Shown here piece after piece: positions 37,041 through 50,559 of a stretch of DNA of 64,000 nucleotides. The DNA comes from Camelus ferus (lineage: Eukaryota), in the NCBI RefSeq assembly GCF_009834535.1, contig NC_045696.1, forward strand, positions 104,596,001-104,660,000, given 5' to 3'. The notes beneath the pieces were generated by a model. The model worked only from the letters and a program-made list of their open reading frames with translations, made no database searches and had not been told where the DNA came from. The translations under genes and the position numbers were made by a program. The number at the start of each line of letters is the position of its first letter. Within the stretch, counting starts at the first letter, position 1.

Positions 37041-38353
37041 TATAATGCACATTTCACTCACCCTCTATTTATTCAAACAGCCAGACCAGCGAGGGCCTGT
37101 GTACCAGCCCGAAGAGTTCGCTGATGGCTTTAGAGTGAACGGCCAGATGTGGGTTTCATAAATGTATCTCTGGCTGCAGCACTGCTTTTAATGGGATGGG
37201 ACCAGGCGGGAGACAAAGAGAAAAGCTGGGAGACCTGTCTAGCAGTTCAGGGGACAGATGTTCAGGCCTGAGCTCCCGCAGCTCTAGCAGTCAGGGGAGG
37301 AAGGCCAAGTTAGAAGGAGGAGGAAGTGGTGCAGGAGGAGGAGGGGGAAAGAGAACAGTGGAAGGTTAGAACCCCCAGACCAGACCTTCCCTGGGGGTGG
37401 GAGAGGGAGGTCAGGGCAGAGGGGGCCCGCAGGACGACCGTGCCACAAACAGCAACAGTCAGAAGCTTCAGTCCTGCTCAAACTCCCAGGCTTCTGTCCT
37501 GGAAGAATTGGGTACGTCTGTTTGCATGTGCGTGGTGGGAGGGGAAGCGAGCAGAACCCAGGCCTGAGAAAATGGCAGGACAGGGCCAAGTGTCAAAGCA
37601 CTATGCAGACATTCAGAATGCTGAGGCCCCAGAGTAAGGGGAGGGAGAAAAGGGCCTAAGGAAGGACTTCGTCACCAGGGGATAATTTCTGGTAGGGCAC
37701 GTGGGTGATTCCTGTGGCTGCCTGGCTCCTGCAGCTGTGACCAGAAACCCTTGACTGATCATGGGGGGACCCTAGTCTGCCCGACAGGTCTGCTGGAATC
37801 CCCAGGCCTTGCATCCGTCCTCTGGCCTGCCTACCTTGCCACCAGCTAGGCCCTGCTCAGGAGAGGACCAGCCCTCCACAGTATTGTGACATCTCTGGTA
37901 AGACTAGTCCTCAGAGCTCTGCCCCACCCGACTCCACCCACCAAGGTCCTCTGGGCCACCCCACCTCCTTGCCCTCTTCAGACACCCAGTATCCAGGGTC
38001 TTCTGCTGTCTGAAACAGCCCCAAAGCCAGTTCACAAGTGCAGACGGCAGTCCTGCTCAGGGCCTGCCAGGCTTGTGTAACCTGGTGCTGCCTCTCACCA
38101 GCCCCACTTGGGACCACCCTCCTGTGGAAGAAGCAGGCGGACCAGACATCCTCCTGGTACCTATATGTCCTGAGCATCTTGCCATCCTGGGCCCTTCACA
38201 GATGTGTCCATTGCCGCCCTGCCCCCACCTCCTACTCAGGTTTCAGTTTGGGCCTAAATGGGCCTTTCTCAGAGAAGCCTACCCTTGGACCCTCGGTTAT
38301 AGGCTCCCAGTACCTGGTACTTGGCAAGATTACAACTCAAATCATCAGTTGCT

Positions 38354-38545
38354 ACTATATATAAAATAGATAAACAGCAAGGTCCTACTGTATAGCACAG
38401 GGGACTATATCCAATACCTTGTAATAGCTTATAATGAAAAAGAATATGAAAAGGAACATACACATGTATAACGAAATCACTGTGCTGTACACCAGAAACT
38501 AACACGACATTGCAAACACACTATACTTCAGTAAAAACAAACAAA
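38354..38545 (+). mobile_element. Short 5'-truncated L1 inserted in an L2 3' fragment
   Basis: Has an L1 3' UTR. TSD caaatcatcagttgct (38338-38353) / caaataataagttgct (38546-38561), 2 mismatches. The flanks are L2-like and end in tttgttgaat...tgaatgaat. Confidence 0.88.
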
Positions 38546-41500
38546 CAAATAATAAGTTGCTTAAGCATGGGCTTGGTGTCTGACTCTTTTACCCGACTCT
38601 AAGTTCAAGGAGAGCAGGGACCAGGCTGTATCCCTGGTGCTTAAAATAGAGCCAAGCACATAGCATGTGCTCAATTCATATTTGTTGAATAGACATGAAT
38701 GAATAACCAATGTAACCATGGCTCAAAGATCACACAGCCAGTCAAAGGTAAATCAGGATGCAAACCATCTAATCTGCTTATGCTTGGGGCCAATCTAGTT
38801 AGGAACTTCTTTTCTGTGGAGAATTTACCCTTAGATCTGCATGGGGGTGGTACTTAGGGAACCAGAGTGACGGGAGAGGGAGACTGGGGATCTGACATGA
38901 ATGCTGATTTTCTGAGAAGACTAGGTGGCTCAACATAAAACTGGAGTGAGGATCGTGCTTCTGAAATGTTAAACGCTGTTTAATAATTTGGTGCCGTGTG
39001 ATGAGGAGTTTCTGTCAACACGGAACATGCGGCACTCCAGCTGGTGGAGAAATGAGCAGGGCGGTTTTGAAAAATTCGCCAGGTCCCTTGGGAAAGGCCA
39101 ACTCATCCGATGTTAACACCTCACACAATGATGTGGGATCGCGTTCGTTCACTGCAAAAATGTGCTTGCTGGAATTCACTAGGTAGGCTCTCCCAGAGGA
39201 GATGCAGGCTCCTCCAACACCACCACATTTAATTATCAGAATGCAGCATGCGTTCCTGGAGGGATGGCGGAGGATTTATACCCATCGGGCTCATTTATGG
39301 CGAAGCTATGACGTGCTGGCCCTGTGCAGGCATCCTTCACCCACTTTTCCTTTCTTAGGTGTCGGGCAGCGCTCTCTGAATGGGTGATCCTGACCGATGT
39401 GGTGGTAAGTGACTTGCCTGGGCCCCTGAGGCCCTCTGTCTCGAAGCCCGTGCTCCTTCTCCAGTTCTGTCTGATCTGGTTCCTGACTTGATATTGATGC
39501 TGTCAGTGTTCCAGAACTGAGGGGTCTGTAGCCTTCCACTGATGCCAAGAGCTGACTCCATGTGAATGGCCACCCCCGGCATATTTTTCCAAAAGGCCCA
39601 AGATGGAGTTGACAGGCTCAAAGTTCAGCAAATGTGGGGGGGTGTCTATCATGGGGGTCCTTTGGTCCACTCCTCACCTTTAAGAACAGCCTCCTGTTGA
39701 GGCTTGGTGTTTGGTCTGCATAGTTCTACCTGCAGACGGTTTTAAAGGAATCCAACAGACTTCAAAGCAAGCCTTCACCATATGACTCTAACTGTTCAAC
39801 ATAAACGTTTAAATGCACCATGGTGTTTCTAATTGGCTTGGCATTGTTCTATTTTTCAATATACCAGAAGCTTCAAAAAGTAGAAATGGCTGAGACCCCT
39901 CTGCTCCCATGAACAAAATGCACAAACTAGGGTCTGGCCATTTTAGGGAAGTTGATCTCAGTGAGACAGAGGGGATGCTGGGAAGGATGAAGAAACAAGA
40001 CACAATGAACTGATTTTAAAAAACAAGCATTCAGTCAACAAACATTTAACAGGCACTCACCCCGTGCCTGGCCCGGAATCAGGCGTGGTCCCATGGATGT
40101 GACTCAGCACGACTGAGCACTCACTGTATACCCCACACCATATGCCAGATCCTGAGGGGACTATTTAAAGACAATTTTTCTCTTTGTACAGCATGGGGGA
40201 AGTAAGGCATGGACGTGGGGTTGTCAGAGGCACAGTCTATGCCCTGCCAAAGGGTCAGGGAAACACAGGGGGCAGGTGTCCCCAAGAGGAAGAGCAAGTA
40301 AGGCAGGAGGAGGGGCAGTACTGCATCCTGTGGGCTGGGTCACGATTGGCTCGTTGGAGAGGACTGGGGAGGTGTCCCCAGGCTGAAGGATTCTGAGTGA
40401 TTTAGTGTTGCTGGTGTAGAAATAACAGAAATGAAAAAGTAAATTAACAACAACAAAAAATAAAAAATAAAAATGGATCCCAGAACACCAGAAATCTGAT
40501 GGGGGCGAAACAAAGTGCCCTGAGTAAGTAGAAAACCACTTCAGCGACTGAGACATAAATTTGCTGGAAAATAGGACTGGGAGTCTGGAACAGGCAGAGT
40601 GACCCTGAGAAAACCCAGCCCCTGAAGCAGAGCAAGAGTAGCGCACAGATGGGGAGGGGGCCACAAATGTGCAGGGCAGGCATTGTTCTCCACACACTCG
40701 TCTCCTCTCACCCTCCAGTCCTGCAAAGCACATTCTGCTGTTTGTGTCCATTTGACAGAGGTGGAAATGGAGACTCATAGTTTCAGCAATTTGCCGGAGA
40801 CCACTGAGATGTGGAATCAGGAGCCGTGGTGATGAGCCGTGGGCAGTAAACCCTGTGGCTCTCTTCCCTGAACGTGCTGCTGTCCTCTTAGAGGTGTGAG
40901 GCTGTGGAGAAGAACTCTATCTTCTAATGGGGGAGGTCATGGTGAGTGTTTGTAAAAAGAGAAACAATTAGAACAGGAGCAATTCTCCACAGTGTGTGGG
41001 TCATTGATTCAGACAATTGCTGAGCGCCGGCTGTGGGTCCAGGGGTGTCCCGGGTGCTCTGTGTTCATCACTACCACGATGGGAGTCCCATGAAACCAAG
41101 GCGGTGCACAGAACGCGTGCTGTGAGAGTGTTCAGCAAGGGCAATGGCGGGGAGACTGGGTCTTGAAAGATGACTAGGATCTGGATTTGCGTAGGAAGGA
41201 GGAGAATTTGCTGTGGTGGGGAAGGGGCAGCACCAGCAGCTGCCGGCGGTGGGTACGACTGCTGTCGATGTCATCCATTCTTAGTCAAAGCAGAGAGATG
41301 GACACTTCAAAACACCATTCCCTCACTGATTGTGGAAGTAACATATGCTCACTGCAAAAATCTTTGGAAGTACAGAGAAGAATAAAGAAAAATCTAAAAG
41401 GTCATCCATCAGTTTTTGGTGTCTATCCTGCCAGGCTTTGTAAAAAACAAAAACCAAAAAAAATAATCCATGATCAGACTGTACATACAATCCCCTGGCT

Positions 41501-43658
41501 TGCTTTTTTTAACTTAACAAAATATTGGAAGTATTTCATTCTCCTAAAATATTTTCCAAGAATCTGGGTTTCCATGGCTGCACAGGCTTGATTTGGGGCC
41601 TCCAGTATTCTTCTTTGGCCCTGCGAGCATGTCGCCCTGCACTGGCTGATGAGGACGTGGCACCTGGAACGGCAGGGCTGGTTCACCAAAGCCTCCTCTG
41701 GCTCCTCCTGGGGCACTTCCCAAGGGCCCGCTCACTGTTGCACCATGACCCTGCTCCTGACCGTGATCCCCGTCCCTTCTCATCCTAGGGTATCTGGCCC
41801 ACCCAGGGGTGATATAAAGCGAACTAGAGGAAGAGTCTACTTTCCTTTCCAAGAGCCCCGAAATGCCTTCACCCCACCACACTTGCAAACACAGTGAGCA
41901 AAGGATTTTAGAAGATATTCTCTAAGGAAGATAGAGTTTAAAGGGACCTGGTTCAGGTTTCTGGAAGTATTAAGAGATGTGATTTCTAATTGAATTCCTA
42001 TTAGATATGAGTGTATCAGGCTATTACTATACAAATAAAGCCCCTCTGACCCTGTCTTGTGCAGTGACAGGTTGAACCCATTTACAAGGTCCTCAGCACA
42101 GAGCAGAGGCTTCCTGGTGATCAGTACCGGAAGTGGGAAGGAAGGGGGCATCTCACCATGTGTGTGTGTGTTTGTGTGTGTGCATGCATGTATGTGTGTG
42201 TGCCTGACAGCTCACCTGATTCTGTCTTCCAGGGAGAAGTGGAGAGCTATTATTCATAGCTTACTACCTACATGACATGCAGGGTATTAGGCACTTGATA
42301 CAGATAATTTTTCTTTGGATTTATAACAATAGGCACAGAAAGAACATTGTCAGCTTTTCTTACGGAAGGAGGCAGAGAAGTTGAGCCTCTTGTCCACCTA
42401 CATAGATGACACACCTACGAAGTCGTAGGGTTGGGGTGGGGACTCAGGTCTGCCTGTATGCAAAGGTGGCTTTCTTTCCATAACACACTCCTCCCCCTGC
42501 GCTGGCTCAAGAAGGTTAGAGGCCTCCTCCGTCTCCATCCATCCCAGCCCCAGAGAGCCAGAAGCTGCATCCAAACTTCTAACAGGGGCTCAGGTCAGAG
42601 CCCCACCATCAGCAAAGGACTCCATTTGAAACTGGACCCAGCATTTTGGAAGATGATCCAGGATGAAGAAAGAAACATGAAGGGCTTTGAGGTTAGCCAC
42701 GGTTAGCAGAAGATTCAAAGCAATGAAGTTTCATGCAGTTACAGTCTGGAGTCATTTAATCTTCCCACTGTCAAGTTCTGCGGTAATCCCCTCACTCACA
42801 CATATCCTTTTCTGAGTATTACATATGTCGGCCTTTTAATCCATACAATTCCCCTAATGAGTAGGGTTTCAGATCACCATTTCAAAGATAAAGAAAAGGA
42901 GCCTCAGAGAAAGAAGTAACTCACTTAAAATCGAAGAGAAAAGAGGCATGTACTGCTGTGGACTTCATTTTCCCCAAGATTCTGGGTTCTTACAGTGCCA
43001 AGGCCACAAGTCCTCCCTGGGAAGGTGACCCCATGTAAGACCAGAGCAGGGTTCTTGGCTGTGGCTGGTCTTCTCACCTGTGCAGCCAGAGGGGTTGACA
43101 CCTCCTAGGACACAGGAGTGGTGCTGCCTCCTTTGAAACATCTTGGGTCCTGAAGCCAGGTTGCAATGGCCAAGGGCCAGGCTGGGAGCCTGAGCGGCCT
43201 CTTCAGGCTCATGTTTGCTCTGACAGCGTTTGCAGACATCTCCAGAGACCTACTTTGTCTGCCCCAATTGACTTTCAACTGAAATTTTAAAATTTGGAAG
43301 TAAATGTGTTTTGTAGAAAGCTCTGTGGTGGGAGGATGTTATTATAATTACACTTAGAAAAAATCCTGGAAGATTATTTAGAGATTATCCCTCTTTCATA
43401 AGTGAAAAATTGTCCAAAGGTGCTAAATGACTTGTCAAAAATGGCAAGGCTGGGTGACAGCAGAGCTAAGACCAGAGCTTTCTTTTGGATTCAAGTCAGT
43501 GAAATAATTGAGCATCTACCATGTACTCAGTGTCTTACCAGGCACATGGGAGAAGAAGATGCCAGACTCTGCATATGAGGGAGCACAGCTGATCTCTGGT
43601 TCCCCAAGCCTAATGGTGTACTTAGCACCAAAAATGCACTTAAGAAATATCTGCTGAA

Positions 43659-43708
43659 CCTAAATGTCCATCAACAGATGGCTGGATAAAGAAGATGTGG
43701 TGTACGCA

Positions 43709-43752
<44 letters not shown>

Positions 43753-44225
43753 TGGAATATTACTCAGCCATAAAAAGGAATGAAATAATGCCAGTTGCAG
43801 CAACATGGATGGACCTAGAGACTATCATATTAAGTGAAGTAAGTCACAAAGACAAATACATGATATCACTTATACATGGAATCCAAAAAAATGATACAAA
43901 TCTTTTTACAAACCAAAAACAGACTCACAGACATAGAAAACAAACTATGGTTACCAAAGGGGAGAGATAAATTAGGAGTTTGGGATTAACAGATACACAT
44001 TATGATATATAAAATAGATAAGCAGCAAGGACCTACTACATAGCACAAAGAACTATATTCAATTTCTTGTAATAACATATAATGGAAAAGATTCTGAAAA
44101 AAATTTATGTATGTATATGTATAACTGAATCACTTTGCTGTACAACTGAAACTAACACTGTAAATCAACTACACTTCAATAAAAAGCAAAATTAAAAAGA
44201 AGAAAAATCTTTTTTAGAGAAAAAA
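43659..44225 (+). mobile_element. 5'-truncated L1 with perfect 17-bp TSD, inserted in an L2 tail
   Basis: TSD aagaaatatctgctgaa at 43642-43658 and 44226-44242. Contains the ORF2 C-terminus MEYYSAIKRNEIMPVAATWMDLETIILSEVS and a 3' UTR. Confidence 0.95.
43705..43750. repeat. (CA)n microsatellite expanded inside the L1
   Basis: acgcacgcgc followed by about 19 CA units. Confidence 0.95.
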
Positions 44226-45732
44226 AAGAAATATCTGCTGAATGAATAGCTGAACTCAGATGTTCACACTCTTGTTTCCTTTTGTGAACATTTAGATCCT
44301 AAACTGCCTCCCTGAGGCCTTAATCTGTCCAAGAATGCCTCTGATTTTCCTGTCATCATTGCCCCTGTGCTCACTTGCATCCCCAGCAAGGTGGCATACT
44401 CTTCAAGGGCGGAGACCCTCACCTTGCTCTTGCCTCCCCTGCTGTGTGCATTGCAGGGCTGGCCACAGCTCGGGGACTCAGCAATGGCTGAGGAATCACA
44501 GTCCTGCACCATCTGTGGGACTGACAGCCTCACTAAGGCAGGCACTCACTTGGCTCACACCAGAATGCTAGCATCCTCATTTGAAACCTAGCCCACCTGG
44601 CTCCACACTGTGCCCACACCATCCCCTGCACAAGCCCCCATTTCCACCCCCTTCCACCACCACCCGGCCTCCCATAAGGGAACACTCCCTAGTCTGCTCT
44701 ACACACCTGCCTGGCCCCCCAGCTGGATGGGGGGGCACAGTGGGGGCACACGTTCTACCTCTGATCACCCCAACATCTAGATCAGGGTTTTCACGTGGCA
44801 GGTGCTCAGTAAGCTTGTGTTAAACACAGAAAACATTGTGGCCACATGTCTCTGGCTTGTTTTCAGGGAAGGTTTGCTGGCCTTTGAGGGTAAACACTTT
44901 GAAGACCATATTTTTCAAAGAGCTCCTATGCGAACCCAGAATTAATAAGCATCTAAATTACAAATCTCACCATGTAGAACAAATTGGATTTCTTTTCATT
45001 AATAGCAAGGAAGCAGAAAACAAGCCCAATCCCAAGGGAGCCAAAGGAATACTGTTATTCACTGTTTTCTCTGGCATCCTTTTTTCCACCTCCGAACCCA
45101 TCTTTATTCAATTATGTAGCTTATAAATATGGCCCCTGGATGTCAGCACAGCTAACAAGTGGTCTCCAGCGTCAGGGGCCTTCTGACAGCTCACCCAGCC
45201 TTGCAATAACAGAGTCATGGCTCTCAGTATGGGATTCTTTCTTTCCTTTTTTTCCCCTCTCTCTCTTTTGGAGGGGGGGGAAAAAAAGCCAACAACAAAA
45301 CTAGCAAAAGCCACCCAAGCCTCAAATGATCACAATGTTCCAAACATTAAGATGTGGGCCTAGTGGCTTTTTAATCAAATAAATGTAAATTTTGTTCTGT
45401 ATAACAGCATCGAAACTCTGTTACGGATGAAAAACAAAGGCCAGTCCACACATAGGACTGCCTTGTTACAAATATATTTGCTTTAAGAACAGGCCTCTTT
45501 TGCGCTCTGAGCAGGCCAATAGCAAAGGCTCTTCTCCAAACAATTACTGTTAAGAGTTGGAGGAAATTCCACCTCTGTGCTAGGGTGGCTCCTGGGCATT
45601 TCCCATTTGCCCTACTGGGCAGGGGGCGAAGGTCACCTCCAGGAAAAGCACTTGGTCCCCTGCCTGCACAGCGAAAGCCCAGTGCCTAGCAAGCTAGCCC
45701 ATCATACATCCTTGAGCTTCTTGTCTCCAAAA

Positions 45733-46748
45733 CAGAAATTCTCAAAGTACTATCCAGGGATGCCTGGGGTTCCCTGTGACCCTTTAGAGGAAGAACCCAT
45801 GAACTCAAAACTGCTGTCTTTTTTTTTTTCCTCTTTTTTTAGAATTGAAGTATAGTTGATTTACAATGCTGTGTTAGTTTCAGGTGTACAGCATGGGGAT
45901 TCATTTATACATATATATGTATATGTATATACACACACAAATTATAGATTACTACAAGATACTGGATTAGTTTCCTGTGCTGTACAGTGGGCCCTTGTTG
46001 TGTATCTATTTTATATACTTTTTACATACAGCAGTCAAAACTAGTTTCATGATTTCATAAAGATATTTTTATCTTTTTCACTTTTATTAACTCATGAGTA
46101 TGCAGTGGAATTTTACAAAAGCCACAGAAGGTATAAAATCATAACACATCGAATGAAAAAGCAGCGATGAGAATGTTGCTGTCTTCTATTAAGCTGGATC
46201 TTAAAGAGATTCGCCATAATGTAAGGCAGTGTCACTCTTCCCGCAGGATTCACTTTGTTTTAGACAATGTAGTTGTTGTTAGAAAAGATCTTATTATTAA
46301 AAAAAAAAAGAAAAGATGTTATTTATGTTAACACATAATAGGTTGATTATTGTTGAATTAATAAATAATTCTAAAATATGTGAGTTAAGTGTTTTTTAAT
46401 TTTTTTCTAATACACAAAACATGTGTAGAGTTTATTTACATCATACCTTCATAACTTTTCAACTATTTTTCATTTTTTTGCCTTTTTTCCAACATATTCC
46501 CCATCCCGTTTTTTTTAAAGCAATACTGCATTATTCATTTTAAAACTTTTTGTTTTCCTCTTTTCTATCTTGGGAACTACTACTTATTCTTAAAAGTCCA
46601 GTTCAGATATAAGTCAGTGCCTTAAAGTAGCGCCTATCTGTAAATGCAGTAGACCTATTACAGAACCTGCATGAGTAAGTTCTTGGGGTCCTTGATAATT
46701 TTAAAGAGTATAAAGAGGTCCCAGGGTCAAAGAGCACGAGGGCCCCTG
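45733..46748 (+). mobile_element. hAT-Charlie (Charlie1-like) non-autonomous DNA transposon with two nested inserts
   Basis: cagaaattctcaaagt...gaccctt...tcaaaact, then gctgtcttctattaagc...aaagagatt...cactcttc, ending ttggggtccttgataattttaaagagtataaagaggtcc...cccctg. Confidence 0.8.
45819..46034 (-). mobile_element. Short L1 3' end, reverse strand, nested in the Charlie element
   Basis: Poly(T), then attgaagtatagttgatttacaatgctgtgttagtttcaggtgtacagca. It is flanked by tcaaaact copies at 45805-45812 and 46035-46042. Confidence 0.9.
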
Positions 46749-49124
46749 TCCATGAATCCCCCTCTGCTCTGCATGGGCCTGCTCAGCTCCTACTCATCCT
46801 GCAGACCCATTTCCAACACAGCTGCTCTGGAAAAGCCACTTCAGAGCCCCCACGCCGCAGGCGAGCCGCGGCTGGCCTCTACAATCACACCGATTACCTA
46901 ATACTGCATTCATAGATTTCCTGGTCTGTACTTCCCAATGCCCTCTCTGCAAGGCAGAACTGGGGGATTTTCATTCCTGTGTTCTTGGTACTCAGAAAAA
47001 AATTTAGTAAATGCTAAAGGAAGGAAGAAAGGGAGGCAGGAGAGAGAGCCCTTGTAGGGATCTGGGTCTGAATCAACACCAAAGATCCAGTAAGGCCCAT
47101 AAAACTCTCAACCGCAATATTTCACCGAGAGCCTAATCTTGGCGCAGCCCTGTGTCAAGGTCTATGTTTCTATATATGATGCATAAAGATACCTTGATGT
47201 ATTTACTAAACTGTTGATTTGGGGGCCCTCTCCCCAGAGAGAATCAGCAAATCCTACAGAGCTGGGGAGGGATGGAGGGGTGGCGGGAGGGGGCTGTTTT
47301 CTGGGCAGTAGCTCCCAGTGAGGAAGCCAAAACTGTAGTTTTCTGAGCAACAAGAGGAAACACTTGCAAGTTGTTCGCAATTTGGAAGTCCTATCAAAAG
47401 GCAAGGCTGTACACAATACCGTCATCCCATGTAGCATGCTTCCAACCACGAACAGAATCATTATCATCACAGAAGAGGAGACAGAAAACTTTCCCTGACA
47501 ACTCCAGCATGCAAGTTTGCATAATTCCTACCAAGTTCTAGAATCGCACATGTCCGTGTAGACCAAATTAGAGGGAAATTGCCAGTGTGAAGGAACATGG
47601 CAACGGTCGACAGAGACAGACTTCTCTGCAAGCCACATTCCAGTCCTCATACAAGCAGCGTCCTTCATGACACAGCGAGGTGGGATGTAGGGCGGCGTGG
47701 GGCCCAGACAAAGCTCTAAGGCTGACACAAAGGCACAGTGAGAGAAGACAAGGAAGGGGATCTAGACAGGGCCTGTTTGCACACACCTCCCTATACCTGG
47801 CTCAGGGTCTCATCACTTCTCTGATGAGCAAGAATAGTAGGTAATACAAGTCCAACATGACAGGTGGACTTAAAGGTGAATGCTTTCTGTGAATTAGTAT
47901 GCAGTTACCTACATACATGCCTGCTATGATTACAATAGTGGTTTAGTAAACAGAGTAGAATTTACTGTATAATGTAGTTTCGTTATAAACTAATCCTTCA
48001 AACAAATGTTTTGATTAAGGACTCCTGTAGGTTTGGTTAAGGAAGAGGGGGTGCCTATGTCATCACTCAAGTCAGGATTTGGGGAGCAGGTGGCTGTCCA
48101 GGGACACAGCCCCTTCCAATGATGTGGCTGCCAAGATAGGGCCTGTTCCCACTCGATGAAGCCATGTACTACAGTTATTGGAAAATTTGTCCTGGAGTAA
48201 TTTAGGAGGGCTTCCTGCAGGAGGAAGCATTTGACACTGGCTATTAGGGACCTGCAGTGTTAGACTGAGTGGAGGGGAAAAAGTGGGTACCTCAGCCTCT
48301 GGAGAGTCTGGGCAGTCGTGAGGTGCTGAGGCCAAGGAGGAGGGGGAAGGTTGGAGGCCAACCTTGAACTGGGTGTTTACCATGTGTCCATGGCTGGGGC
48401 ACTTCAGAGTCTCTTTATTATAAAGGGACTGCAGATATTTCTGTCCAGCTCATGGCCAGGTCTCACATCCCCAGCCCAACTTGTGTTTAGGCTGGAAGTG
48501 CCTCCCTCACCTCTTCAAATCTCTTTGTCCCCCCAGCCTGGCTCTGATGCCCTGCCTCTCCCCATGCTGACCAGCTGGGTGTTTGCCCTCCTGCCCCTTC
48601 ACTCCAACTGCAGCTCTTTGGGTCACACCTTATAGTCTGGATCACCCCATGGCCACCCCGCTGTTGTCCCAACAGACAATGGACGTTGTCAGGAAGTACA
48701 TTGCCCTTGGCCAGTCCAATAAAGGTTTCCTGAATGAATGAATCAAGAGCTGAATGGGTCTCCTTGTGTGATCCTGGACGAGCGATTTTCCCTCCCTGGG
48801 CTTTGTCCTCCCCATCCAGGGAAACTGGAGGTTGACTGTGGCCTCCCCAGTGGGAGGTAGGCAGGTGTCCAGCCAGAGCTTCTTGATTTCTGAGTGCTTC
48901 CTGCTCCTTCAGCACAGTCTGACCCTGGCACAAAGCCTCCTCACCCCACCAGATACAGCACAAGCAGCTTCTCCCTGCTGACCTCTCTGCAGCCCCTCCA
49001 TGTCCTCAGCATTTCTTACTCCAGTGCACTACAGCTATGCGTTTCTAAGCTTGTCTCTTTCTTTAGATGACAAGATCCTTGAGCGTTCATAGGCCAATGT
49101 AAATTACAGGTATTTTTATCATTA

Positions 49125-49400
49125 CTGTTATTGTTAGCTTTCATTTACTGGGCACCATATTCCAGGCATTGTGCTAAAGACATTTACATAGATGATTTCC
49201 TTAACTATTTACAACAATCCAGTTAGCTAATATATGTATTTTACAGGTGAACCACTCTGTGCCCATTTTAAAGATGAGAAAACTGAGGCTCTGAGATGTT
49301 AAGTGGATCCCAAGGTCACATGGCATGGATGAGGCAGGGCCAGGAACTGTGTGCAGACCTGTCTAAATAAAAGCCAGAGCTTTAATGACTATTCTTTACA
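49125..49400 (-). mobile_element. MIR SINE
   Basis: catttactgggcacc...ccaggcattgtgctaa...acaacaatcc...cccattttaaagatgagaaaactgaggctctgag...caaggtcaca. Confidence 0.85.
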
Positions 49401-49619
49401 TTATCCCACCCTCGAGCATGAGGCTAGCACAGAATATATGCTTAGTAAATTGTTGGTAATGGATGAATGAATGAATGACCATTAGATGGAGCCATCATTA
49501 TTCAACTTGAGAGCCCGACATACTATCCTCTACGCTCAGGGAAAGATGATTCACATAGAGTCACATCGCTTCTCTGGGCCTCAGTTTCGCCATCTAGTGA
49601 CTAGTCATAACACTATATG

Positions 49620-49826
49620 TTGGGGGTGGCCCCTCAGGCCAAGCTCAGCACTGCGCCCACTTTTGTGCAGCGTGCAAGCTAAGAATGGTTTCTATATTTT
49701 TAAATGAAAAATGTGAAAATGACTGTAAGCTTTCAAGAAAATGGTTGCTCAGTTTTGCTCTTTGCCTTGCAAAGCCTAAAAATATTTACTATCAAGCCCT
49801 TTACTGAGAAAAGTTTGCAAAGCCCT
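49620..49826 (+). mobile_element. MER58-like hAT DNA transposon, nested in a MIR
   Basis: gctaagaatggttt...atttttaaatg...caaagcctaaaatatttactatc...ccctttac...aaaagtttgc. Confidence 0.8.
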
Positions 49827-50559
49827 TCTCCTCTGTAGTAATTGCTTCATACTTCATTGTGAGAATCAAATGAATGCTGTTGGAGGAAACCTTCTGAAAA
49901 GGAAGTTGCAGAAGCAAAGGCACTCATATGAATAATGACTATTAATAACGACTGACTAAGTTACAGTTTCAATGCTGGAGGTGGCCACCTTTCGCAAGTC
50001 CTTTGCGCCTGTTTAAAAACCATGGGCGTGAGAGTCCATCTCCCTCAGCTCTCTGAGTGTCCGTGTGATTTCTGTGCAAGACTGATCCTTAAAGTCAATT
50101 CAGGGATCACTTCAAAGACTGAGGCTGACTGACTAAATTCCAAACTGGCCAAAATAGTTGGCAAACAATCAAATCAGAGGAGCCCAAATGTTTCCTAGTT
50201 AGTCAATATATTAGTAAGAAGTTAATTACTCTAAATAATGCCCAGAGAACTCCGCATAGAGGAACAGTTGGGGGGTGGGGGAGGTGTCTAAATTTCACCT
50301 GAAGGAATTGGAACTCTCCTGAGTTCCAGCCCTTGTCTGTCCATCCATCTGTCTGTCTGCCCAGCAGACTGGCAGCTCCTGCTGGCTACATCCCATCTTG
50401 ATTCTGCGTCTCTCCTGAACCTCTGGTTCTAAATTTGAACATTAACTCAAATGACCCCTTTTTTCTCTACCTAACAGGGCAGTTATGAGGAACTAATGAA
50501 AAAATGGATGTGACAGTGTATCCTTTGCCATGATCAGAAATAATACAACACAGCCCTCC

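Noticed and set aside
37393..37425. G4-capable G tracts
   Set aside because: Common in purine-rich mammalian DNA, with no supporting context.
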